From NCBI RefSeq assembly GCF_964355755.1, contig NC_092672.1:2480001-2544000 (forward strand): a stretch of DNA of 64,000 nt, written 5' to 3'. The notes beneath the pieces were generated by a model that was not told where the DNA came from, did no database searches, and saw only the letters and a list, made by a program, of their open reading frames with translations. The translations under genes and the position numbers were made by a program. Of the stretch, positions 13,228-25,387 are shown in pieces (within the stretch, counting starts at the first letter, position 1; each line of letters begins with the position of its first letter). The DNA is from Antedon mediterranea. Lineage: Eukaryota > Animalia > Echinodermata.

Positions 13228-15617
13228 TAAGAAATAAAATAACACATTTCACAGTCTTTAATTATATTCTTTACTAATATATTAACATTTCCAGAATTGT
13301 CACACATCAAGAAAATCATGAAAACATCATCACTTCAAGAAATATTATTTAGACCAACAGAATTCACACAAACGACACCACATTACCATGGAGATTAGTT
13401 GCAACTTATTTGCCCATGACTAAATAATCATCAAGATTTTAACAATATTTACTTTTATTATAATTATTAATAAAAAATGTTCATATCTCTTCAAGACACA
13501 AGATAAAAACTTATTATCTTCGTAAGTGAAGAAAAAAATAATATATTCAGTCACAAAAATAACCAGGAGTGACAAAAGGCTAAAGTCCAACAGATTCTAA
13601 CTCACTCCATAGGCACAATACAAACAGTTAAAATAGGATACAAGAAAATTAAACAATTTACTTAAATAAACTGTAGGCCTACATAATATAAAGTGTTTTG
13701 TTAGATGTCGATTTAAAAAAAAAGACAAGAATTGTGTGAAAGTGCAGTAAAATTTAACTATACACTTTAAAATGTTAACATAGCTACAAATTTACGTTCT
13801 TGAGACACCCGTGTTAATATTCATAGTTGGCACAAACGAATTTTAAAAATCGACAACACGTGCACGTGGTGTAAAATTATGACCTAGATTCTAACAACAA
13901 AGAAACATGGGTCGGCGGGTCATGATATATTTTGAGTGCAACACGATATAGTTTTTTTAGACAATGTACCGGCACTGTGTGATACTGTATTTACATTTGG
14001 TTATACGCTGAACAATGTTTATTGAACTCAGAATATTATACAAACTAAGTAGTGTTTAAATTATCATTCTATGAGTATACGGTACAACGATAACAAAATC
14101 GATAATAGAGATTGAGTAGATATCGGAGTCTTCAGCAAAACACACACGTAATTAACATAAGCCGAGAGGAGAATTAATTCAATACAGACGCCGTTGTGTG
14201 ACGACACGCTAGGTTAACATCAGGCAGCAACTCAATTGTTCTCATAAAAAATATATATTTCTGTAGTGTATGGCTTATATAGGCCTAACGGGTAAAGAAA
14301 ACAGGAACAATAAAACCCCAAACTAACAATTCACATACATGAAATGGAATTTCATCGGTCTTCTAATTATATTGACATACGTTTAAGCCGATTTTCCACT
14401 AGACGAATTTGTTCGCGTGAATCGAAAGCGTCAGCTTATACGCATGCGTATTTGGGATTTTGGAGAATGGAAACATGAATATTTTAAATTCCCCTACTGG
14501 AAAATCTGCTTTACATCTACTTTAATTATTTATTTTTCTTGTTTTTCATTTAGGCCTATCTTCTATAGTTTGGTATATTACACAAAAAGTAATTTTTTCA
14601 TTTTTTTAAAAGAAATATTATTAAAATATTTGCTGTTGAGAAGAATCCTTGTGTCTGTGTCATATTGTTTCCATATATAGATGTTGTTCCCAATATTGAA
14701 GACCTTCACCCACCACTAAATAAAGTTATACAATTAGGTTACACTTAGGTTATACCGTAATCTATTTAAAGCCCGTGACCTGTTTGAGAAATAACATTTT
14801 AAGTTCAACAAATGCCAAGTTACACGAAACCTCAAAATGCATTTTAGCGAAATCATAAGCCTATTACACATTTCACAGAATTTGGAACTGATCCAAAAAT
14901 GTGAAGAATTGCTGTTTTTGTTGTTGATCCTCGCCGTGATGTTACGCTTCAATTGATCAATTGATTCTATTTCCAACGGCCTAGATAATATTTTACATCA
15001 ATAAATCCATGTAACAAACAAAACTGTTGACGAACACGGTATTCAATCAGTAGATTTCAAACAGGAAATTCAAATATTATAGGCCTATATAATGTTGCAT
15101 ATTAAATAGGCTATGGTATCATGGTAAAAAATCTAAACTTAGATGTTTTTTTTCCGTTAATTTAATTTATCATGTTTTGTTGCCATATCAATTTTCATCT
15201 TTTAAATTTGTTTCGTGTTTTCCACTTTGTCATTTAAACTTTTTTTTTTTACATTTTAGAAAACTTATTTACTACTGCATTTTCTATCTTTGCCGTATTT
15301 CTTTTTTTGTTTTAAAAGTTAAAAAATCAACTTTTTAAACTTGTATATCATTTTACTTCTTTAATATAGTGCTGCTTTTATAAGTTATGGAAATTGATTT
15401 TCAACAAATAGATAAATAAATGAATGAATCATAATTTATCGTATATATTTAATTTCAATTTCTTTTTAATTCGGAAATATCATCCATATTAATAAACTTA
15501 TAAACAGAAAAAGAAAATTGTAAACTCTAAACTTAAGTATATAGAATGCTTCTCCATCTACAATACATTTTGGAGTTATGGAGGAATGTTTGCAAACGAA
15601 GCAACAACGCTGTCTAA

Positions 15618-15777
15618 AGCGTGGTTCCCACTAGCGACGCAACGCAAGGACGTAACGCAACGCAAGTGAATTGACCAATCACAAACTATGGCTTATTCGC
15701 TTGTGATTGCTAACTGTTTATAACATCGCTTTTCATTGGTTAAAACGCTTGCGTTGCGTTCTAGTGGGAACCAAGCT
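15618..15777. mobile_element. MITE family 2 (TIR AGCGTGGTTCCCACTAG; Harbinger-like)
   Basis: TIRs, TAA/TTA flanks, internal ACGCAACGCAAG repeats in inverted arrangement. Confidence 0.8.
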
Positions 15778-15811
15778 TTACCACTATTCAACATACGTTG
15801 CATGAAACCAT

Positions 15812-16477
15812 AGGTACATTTGTGCATGTACTCATTAAAGTATATAGAAGCACATAACTTTATATGACACTCTCTGTCATAACTATACAAAGACAATTTA
15901 CTGAAAATATGGAAAACTGTGAGTATTGTAGCCTGAATGGATATCAATGGAGATACAAATAAAAAGCAGAAAGCTAAATCAAAACGGTAAATTAAAATAG
16001 CAAGAAAGAGCCAATTGGAAAACACTATTTCTTCAATGATAGATTATATATATTTTAAATTATATCAGTTCCACTTGTTTAATAAGCTTGAATCCCACTT
16101 GAACTTAGCGCGTACGCGCAACGCAAGTTGGCCAATGACAAGCGAGGTACATTTGTGCATGTACTCATTAATGTATATAGCAGCACATAACTTTATATGA
16201 CACTCTCTGCCATAACTACAAAGACAATTTACTGAAAATATGGAAAACTGTGAGTATTGTAGCCTGAATGGATATCAATGGAGATACAAATAAAAAGCAG
16301 AAAGCTAAATCAAAACGGTAAATTAAAATAGCAAGAAAGAGCCAATTGGAAAACACTATTTCTTCAATGATAGATTATATATTTTTTAAATTATATCAGT
16401 TCCACTTGTTTAAAAAGCTTGAATCCCACTTGAACTTAGCGCGTACGCGCAACGCAAGTTGGCCAATGACAAGCGAG
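15812..16477. repeat. ~333-bp direct tandem duplication
   Basis: AGGTACATTTGTGCATG... starts at 15812 and 16145; near-identical. Confidence 0.92.
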
Positions 16478-19039
16478 AGTTCGTTCCTATGGTACCAAAC
16501 TTTAAGGAACATACTATAGAAAAAAATGTTAGGTTGGTAAACAATTTGATATTTAATTTTTTATCTTCTTGGCTCGAATTACAACTCCTGTTCATTTGTC
16601 AGAATAAGGAAATAACTTTTTTATTTCAAAACATATTATACTTCAGAACATAAGTATATTTATTACATTGATAAGTATCAATTGACACAATGCGCTTATT
16701 TTATTATGTATAATCGAGATCTTAGCGCGAGATAGAAGTGACAGACGCAAATGCGAACGGTTTTACTTTATTATTGTAATTTTCACAATTTTAAACGTTT
16801 TCCAAAATTAGATAGTTGTCACGTACCAATGCTAGCAAGCAGCATAATACGCGCGTGTCGTCATGTGTGACGCGACTAATTTTAATAAGAAATCTAAGTA
16901 CTATATGCACACGTGAGAACACATTTTAAGCTGTTAGAACAATGGCGATGTATCTCCCTGGTTAGAACTAGAAGTATACGCCAGTCCTAACATTTATAAA
17001 AGCTTCGTGGAGGGCCTAATCGGACAAATATGAATACCTTTACTACCTTCCTTTACCTTTATTTATCGTAAATCATTTTAACGCGTGGGTGACAATTGTT
17101 TATTCAACTCTGAATACTGTTCTTTTTTTTCGTTCATGAATAGACCTACAATAATTTTACAATTGAACATGAAACCGGAGAAATCTATTATGGTTCTGAA
17201 CCTTAAACTGAGCATGCGCCATAGGCTACCACTGCCACGTCACACACCAGGGAGAGACGGAGCTAAAACAATATTTTCATCCGACCTGCTTCATGATTAT
17301 GCATTTTTTCAGTGAAATCGTGTTTCATAAGCTTATCGCGTTCTGTAAACATTTCATTTTCATTGTGTTTACTTTCGATGTACCTTGCGATATATATAAA
17401 CACATATTGTATATTATTTTTTAATATGAAGGGCTGACTCTGGCTGACCCATATGTTATGTATTATAATTGATTTTTCAGTTTATATTTCGTAGAGGTTC
17501 TATTGACGTAGTACGTAAGTATCTCTACAGCAACGTTGAAGTAGGAAAATTCATCTGATGAATAATCAATTACTTTTATAAAATTGCCATATTATGTCAA
17601 GGAATAACAAAATAGATACAAATAAAGAACGTGCATGAATTCTGCATTTTAGTTAAAGATATATTGCACCCCTACCCCCTATTTTTTTATTTGTTGTTGA
17701 ACAGGCCATTTTAACGTCACCTACTTATCACTTTGACCAAAAACTGGATCGAAAAAAATAACTCACCTAAACAAAATGTAAATTAAAGCAAAAAATACTT
17801 ACATGGTTTTTGGTTAAAAATAACTGTTTCTTTTTGTCTTTAAAAGTGAAACAATATATTGTTTTAAACAGAAGTGAATAACTTTATTAAAACTGCAAAA
17901 TGGTATATTTAAAGTCTGATTTATTAATCTTAATATTTCATGTTTTTAGGGGACAATACATATTTTAGCCTATCCCTCTATCTGTTTCTATTTTTTATCC
18001 ATGTTTTTACTAGGACTATACCTATTTTACTTTATATTTTATGAATACACGTTGTAGGCCTAAGCCTTTTGTCAAATGTTGTATATTGCTTAGTATTAGA
18101 GAAACATCTATGTCGATAATATCATGGAACAATAATAATTCATTTAATAATTAAGGTCATCAAAGCATTCGGCTATTCGAGGCAATATATCATTTTAGAT
18201 TATCTCAACTATTACTACGTAATTGGTTTATATGATCAAACAACCGTAGTGATAGTTTATCTAAAAAACAACACGATTTTGCTTTAAAATGGAAACGACA
18301 GTCAGGCCGCCATGATTCAACGTTTCGATCTTTATTTGATATTATGAAAGAAAGCATCGTTAAAATAACATTCAAAGATGTGTGAAGAGATCATGAACCC
18401 GGAATTATTCTTTATAAAAACGTCATATCCGATCCTTTACCCCAACAAAACTGTGTAACAACCCGGATATTTAAACACGACTCATAAAGCACAAACATTT
18501 TTAAAGGAAAACTCTCTTTGGTTAATGGCAAATTAAATCTATCTTTAGTTTTAAAACTAAGATTCCCAATAGTTGTTATTATTGTTAATTGTAAGTCTAT
18601 TTTACAGTACTTTTCAAACATTTCTGTCGAATCTCGTTTTATTGTTGATATTGACTAATTGTTCCCGAAATAAAATTGAATTGAATTTGAATTGAAATAA
18701 AATAAATGATGCACAGAGTCTGAACATTTTTTTTTTTAAATAAGTCTATAAACTATAAGTATGTTCATTAACAGTACCGGTATATTTTGTAAATTGTAGA
18801 CCGTCATGTTATTAACTTTTAATATAGTATAACATTTTTTTCCCTTCAAAAATAGAAACAAAAATGTTGACTGTTAACACGAAGAGCAACTTTGGATATT
18901 TAAACGTTTCAAAAGCAAATAATTCCTTTTGGTTCGATCTCTTGTTTTTGGTTTTAGGTTGTTTATCAGCTTACAGATACTCGCACAGAGGTATTTATAT
19001 ATTATATATTTGTGGGTGTGTTGGATTTGACTCTCACGC

Positions 19040-19400
19040 TTCTCAATATTCATCAGGCTGTGCCTATCCATTGTTTGGGTAAGCCCTCCTTCACCAGTTT
19101 GTATTTTCTTCTGTCATATGCCATTCTCGTCCATGTTGCCGTGTTTGGTGATGACCCCATCTCTCCATCTTTTGTCTCCATTTCCTCCCTTTGCCGTTTC
19201 TTGGTTTCCATTCTGAGCCTCCTGGTCCATCCCATTATCCTGAGTTCTTGGTATATGCCCTGCCCATCTCCATTTCCTCCCTTTACCATTTCTTGGTTTC
19301 CATTCTGAGCCTCTTGGTTCATCTTATTATCCTGAGTTCTTGGTATATGCCCTGCCCATTTCCATTTCATTTCTTTGTTCTTTTCTATGATGCCTGTCTG
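19040..19400 (-). mobile_element. Degenerate RTE-like LINE 3' fragment with internal ~92-bp tandem duplication
   Basis: KWKWAGHIPRTQDN...TWTRMAYDRRKY...QW resembles the RTE ORF C-terminus. 19201-19275 is repeated at ~19293-19367. Confidence 0.7.
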
Positions 19401-19449
19401 TGTATTCTGTTTCTAGTTTCCTGTTCCGTGTATTCTTTTTAGATCCTAA

Positions 19450-19820
19450 TTGGTGTTTAGTTGATAGTACCGTAAATAGTAATAGTAACCTCCCTTCTTT
19501 GGAGAACATTTTTTCGGATCGTCTTCTGAAAAAGGCAGTGGCTATCAAAGATGATCAATTTCATCCGGCCTGTGTTCCAGTTGATGCGCAGCGGTCGGCG
19601 ATTTCGTTCTATTAAGGCCAATAAAGCACGATACAAATAGTTTCTTTCCAGGGCCTATTAGAGCCTTAAACATCATGTAGACACTTTTTGTAATGTTTTT
19701 GTTTTGAGTTCGTGTTGTGTCCGTTGAATATTGTGCTCCGCCAAACAAAGAAAACAGAATTTCTATGTTTTTTCTTAAAACAGATGACAATAAATGATAC
19801 TTGACTTGACTTCACTTGAC
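19450..19820 (+). mobile_element. Rex1/Babar-CR1-group LINE 3' end fragment
   Basis: LPSLENIF..RLLKKA..I..D..HP, then SGRRFRSIKANKARYK.SFFP..IR.LN across frameshifts. The 3' UTR ends AATAAA plus a (CTTGA)n tail. Confidence 0.7.
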
Positions 19821-20111
19821 TAATAGTCCCCCACCCTAAAAAACAATCAAAGATAATAACCCTGGGTTCAAATTAGAAGATTTACGGTATGTTGAAAGTT
19901 CAATTTTGTTCATGACACAAATTCTAATCACCGAATTGTTAGTGTGCAGCCAGTAACCTAGTTATCTAAATTCCGCGTTACAACTGAATTGTTCTGTTCA
20001 TAATAACGTATCACTCAAAATAACTGAATTTCGTTTTCCAATTGAATAGTCTTGCTTTTCACACATTGTGATCGAAATTATTGATCGGACGTTGATATAC
20101 GATCTGTGTTA

Positions 20112-20232
20112 AGCTCTGTCCACACTGTCAAAGTAGTGTGATGTGCCCAAATATATTAGTGATATGACTTCATCATGTCTATAAAAAATCACATTTTTTC
20201 GTCACATAAAGTTTGATAATGTAGACAGAGCT
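20112..20232. mobile_element. MITE family 1
   Basis: TIRs with TTA/TTA target duplication. Confidence 0.8.
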
Positions 20233-23200
20233 TTATTGTAGATTGTACTTTGCTATGATGGTCACAAATGCCGCAACTTTAACTGTGCAATTCCTCCTGT
20301 TTAGCGGTGCATGCCTAACATAATAGTAACTATTAGTCCTACGCATGGCCAATTATCTGTCTAATATACTATTTCAATTTTGGATTATTAATTCTTTTTA
20401 AAGGCGAGAGTACTAGCGTTTCTCACTGGCAGTGGTTAAATGTTGGAGTCGATCTGCTGCTGAAAATCGCTCCAGGGTTACTTCACTCTGCATGTACCAA
20501 AGCACAAAGGGTTGACATGGCAAGGACTTTCACTAGTCCGATTTTAACGTTCTTAGTACGCTGGTGGACCGTAAACAAATCGTTCCTTCAAAAAATTAAG
20601 TGCACTTTGAAAGTAATGAATAAAGCTTAATTCTGAATAACTAACGGTTAATTAACCCATAAATATTAATCATGCCGATATATATATATTTTCTTTGCTT
20701 TATTTTAATTTCTCTTGCGCGAACCTTAATATCAAAAAGTGTGTCATTCCTATAGCTTTTTAAATAAATTATTATTATTGATAGACGTTTAAATTGATGG
20801 CATTGGGTTTTTTGTTTTTGTTGCGATCACTAATGTAAAAAAATTGAAAAATAGAAGGGCAAACTGCCAAATAAATGCATCACATACAAAAAAAGTATTT
20901 TTATCATCACGGATTTACTATTACTATATAGGCCTACTAATGTTGTATTTTATGTATCAGTCGAAATTGAGGTAATTATTACAAAAGGATAACCATCGGA
21001 TATTTTGATTATTTTCAGGGTAAAACGGTTGATTGCATGATAATAGAAGAAATACGTGTATTAAATTACTATTATTGAGAGCTGTATAAAAATGCTTGGT
21101 AAATTTTAAAATTTATTCTTCGGCAACCATTACACATACGCCCTCCTACGTTTACAAAATCACAATGGGTGCGCTGTTACTCGAAAATGAAATGCGACAT
21201 GTGTGAATGCGAAATGCGTTTGTTTTTGTAGTTGAAATTGAATAAATCCGGCTACGCTTGGCCTGGTTTTTACAATGTCGGAGGCCTAGGTCGATATGAG
21301 TCCAGTTGCTACGGTGATATTTATTATTTTAAGGTGATGACATTTTTCTTTTTTAGGCCGGAACATTGTGTTATATTATATATTATATTATTAGGGGCCT
21401 ACCTATATTGTTAAGGTTACAGGTTAGATAAATCGAATTTTTAATTTTTTTCAGCGTAATGTTCTTTTTTATGCACTAAATAATTGCTTTGTTTATTTAA
21501 AAAAATGAGAGTATGCCCTGCTGGCCTAGGCCTCTAGGCTGTCTCTACTTACTATTATAAAGCTATGCTTACACAAAGTCGACTAGTCTTGTTGCCTAGG
21601 ACTGTCCAGATAGTCAGGAAGTAGGCCTACAGTTGGATGCTGGCACCAATAAATAAGCTACATTGATTGTAGGTCTAGGCTAGGCCTAGAGCTAGTATCC
21701 TACATTAATACAATAGGAACAATTTTAAAGTAGCTTGACAGAAGACATGCGCCGAAGATATTCGGTCATTTTCAAAATCATCAATCAAAATACTAGGCCT
21801 AGGCCTACTGCATAATAATAGGCTATAAATAAAAAAATTTTTCAGTTACTATCATTAGCTAAAAAACCTGCCAGCTATGGGATGCGGGGCTTCAAAAAGT
21901 TACGACTACAAGTACGATGTTAGCCAACAGTGGGAGAGCGCTCGTAAGACAATTGACATTAAGAGACACCGAGACAAACCAGTCGTAAAGAGGTCCGGAT
22001 GAAAGACTGTGCGCATCTTTGTTTCTTCTACGTTTCGTGATTTTCATGCAGAGAGAGAAGTTTTAGTGAAAGAGGTACAGTAAAAGTCCCTGCATAAGCA
22101 AAAGAATCTAACTAAATCCAATAAATATATAGAATTTGAACATTTAAAAATCATTTATCTTTTTTTAGGTGTTTCCCGATTTACGTCAGTGGTGTGAAAA
22201 ACGGAGACTTCATCTTGTTGAATGTGACTTGCGATGGGTAAGTCTGCGTTTTTATATTACGAACAATTTTAAATTCCAGACCAAATAACTGTAATGTAGA
22301 GTAACATATTATTATGGATAAAGATTAATACAATATAAACATTTCTGATTTTAATAGAATTAGGTTGTTTTGTTTCAATGTTATATACTTTTGCTGTATT
22401 AAATCATATAAAATAAATGATTAAAAAACAGAAACAGAAAATTTGCATTAAGGGGAATTTTTGTCTTTATTCATAGGGTGTTCCAAAAGATACGACATCA
22501 GAAGAAACTCTGCGCACATGCCTCGGAGAGATCGACAGGTGTTACCAAGACAACATCATGCCGTTCTTTCTTAACATGACTTGGTACGTATAGTGTGCTG
22601 TGTTTGTACTTTACGTAAGCAGGCAAACATATACACAGTTTTGTTTGAGCCCATCCTGTGATAATATACCTTCTCCTTAATTGTAATGCCTTTCCCCTCT
22701 TCAAAAATGTTCACCTTTTTCTTTATTTAGTGCTCGTTGTGGGTGGATCCCAACGGACAAAGAAGTTCCTGATAGTGTGTACTCTGAATACAGATGGATA
22801 AAAGGATTATCAGTGACAGAAATGGAGATAATTCATGGCGCATATCGAAAGGACAATCCTAATTGTAAGTAAACACACAAATATAATAAAAGAATGATTT
22901 TACACAGTTATTTTAGTTGTTACTGTATACCTACCAAACCCAGTCCTGTGTTTTATCTACTCGAATGGACCTACAGTATCTTTGATGCTAAGAATTTCTC
23001 TCGAAAAAAAAAAAGACTAAAATTTGCCATATCTTTAAGGTTGAAGTGCGCCTTCAGAAATTGTCATATGGTATTGTGTTTCCCTGATTTCTCTATTTTG
23101 ACATAATTATTATATTAATTTTTAATATTTATTCAAATATTCTACATTTATATTACAATTTTCTTCACAGCCCTATTTGCAATTCGCGACACAACTTTCC

Positions 23201-24339
23201 TGGAATCACTTCCTACTGAATATAAGGATGATTTCATAGACTCCAATCCAGTTGCTGAGCACAAACTGAAAGTCCTTAAAGACGTTCTCTCTGATAGATT
23301 CTTGGTTTGTATTTGTTTGATTTAATAAATATTTTAATAAAACCATGTGCCTGTGGGACCTTTTTTTAAAAAATGGTGAAAATCTAAAATTTCCTTGATT
23401 TAATTTAAAGTTACAAGTTTCTTTCATGAGTGTAATGAGGGAACTCTTTCCCCTATTCATGGAACATGCCTCTAATAAGGGGCCATGTTCTTGGGCCCTG
23501 TAGGTATTCTACTGTATTGTTTGTGTAATTTCAGTCTGATCGAGTGTTTACTTATGACTGTACGTACGCTGGTGTTGACACAGATACGGGAAAGGTCAGC
23601 CTTGATGGTCTGCATGGCGTGTTTACAAACAAGGTATGTTCGTACATTCTAATCAGTAAAAACAATTCTAGTCAACTTAACATACTGTAAGTGTAGTTTA
23701 TTACAAATTACTACAGTACCAATCAATTTACTGCAGTAGACTTAAGGTTGTCCTCAAAACATAACAGATGTGAAACTTTGTAATCTAACAAAAAAAAATA
23801 ACGTAGAAAACATATTGGCTTAAAATCAGATTCATCGGATGAGGTTGGTAATATATTAATTAATCTTAAAAAATAACTACATTTATATTGTTCCTTACTT
23901 CTGTATATTTACCTTTTCTCGCACTCTTATATTTTGTCCATGTTGTGCATTTCTTCTTTAAAGCTTGATTCCCACTATATGCAATGAGTGTAAATTCAAT
24001 GCTGCAAGTATTTTGACTAATCACGACACAAGGATCATCATCAATCCTGTGGTGATTGGTCAAATTACTTGCGTAGGTCCTTGCATTGTGCTCTAGGCTC
24101 TTGTGTTGTGCTTAGGTCCTTGCCTTGCGCATCGGTTGCGCTTAGGTTCTTGAGTTGCTGCTTAGGTCCCTGTATTGCTGCATAGGTCCTTGCGTTGTGC
24201 ATAGGTACTTGCATTGCGTCCTAGTGCAAACCAAGCTTTATACATCCCCTCTATGTTTTCTTATTTATGTGTATTTTTTATTGTTGTTCAAGATAAAACC
24301 TTGTCTTCAAGAATTTTCCAGTGTGGTATGTTTTGCCTC

Positions 24340-25387
24340 GTCATTCAAGGGGCATCTATGACGACTTTGAAAGTGGCTATGCTGACGACTTTGCTGTAAG
24401 CTCCTGGTCACAAGAAGAACTGCAAACCATTGTGAACATCTTGAATAAAGTATGTCTGGAATTTGGCCTAAGAATTAGTGCCCCCAAAACAGAAACCATT
24501 ATATGGAACTGGAAAGAGGAAGTTGAAGAATACCCAAGATGCATCATACAAATTGGCGGCGTACACATTAACAACGTAACACACTTTAGATACCTTGGTG
24601 TATGGGCTACCTACAATGATGTTCATATTGGAGATCAAGAAGTAAAATACAGAATCAATTCAGCCAAAGGAGCATTTGCAGAGAATAGGGCATTGCTTAC
24701 CAACAGAACGATCCACCTACAAACAAGAATGATGTTTCTTAATGGTCTAGTTAGGAGTAGACTCACCTATGGTTGCCATGCTTGGAGGGCAACAGGAAGT
24801 GAAATGTCCAAACTTAGCACAACATACAAAACCTTCCTAAGAAGAATGCTAGTGAATGGCTTTCAAAGAGTCTGCCCACCAAACCATGTAGACATATCCT
24901 CAGATGCTGAAACAGATGAAAACTATATAGACTGGCGTTACGTAATTGATAATGACGATCTCTACAAAATTACTGGCTGTCAACCGCTAGAAGAATATGT
25001 CTACAAGCAACAATTCAACTGGATCGGACATGTAATTAGAAAAGAAAATGAAGATCCTACAAAAATTCTTACTTTTCACACAACACAAAGTAAACGAAGA
25101 GGTCGGAAGATACCATCAGTACTTGATAGAGTTGTACAACAAAGTCAACTTACTAGATGCAACTTCATTAGAGCCTGCTTCAACAGAAATTTATAATTCC
25201 CAGCAATGTTTTAACTGTATATATGAACTGTTTTATAAGTTGTTTTGTGACTGTGTAATTTGGTAGTAGTCACTCTCATACTGTAGGCCTACATTTAAAA
25301 GTAACACATCCAAATGCCAACTTCAAGTCAATGGCTACCAGATGTCTCTGTGAGACGGTTATTTGAACCAGTACCAGTACCAGTACC
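24340..25387 (+). mobile_element. 5'-truncated RTE-clade non-LTR retrotransposon in intron 6 of copy A
   Basis: Uninterrupted ORF to 25196 with RT motifs YADD, GLRISAPKT and FRYLG, then RTE-type RSRLTYGCHAW and WIGHVIR..RRGRK. The 3' UTR ends in an (ACCAGT)3 tail. Absent from the matching intron of copy B. Confidence 0.9.

Noticed and set aside
1604-18621. Short ORFs listed in the first 19 kb
   Set aside because: No recognisable domains, AT-rich composition, many overlap repeats, and no consistent exon chain.
22000-22002. TGA as selenocysteine or an alternative genetic code
   Set aside because: It aligns to Trp, not Cys. No convincing SECIS follows 33479 (an ATGA..TGAT stem there lacks the apical AA motif). 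The LRR gene uses TGA as a normal stop after its CaaX box.
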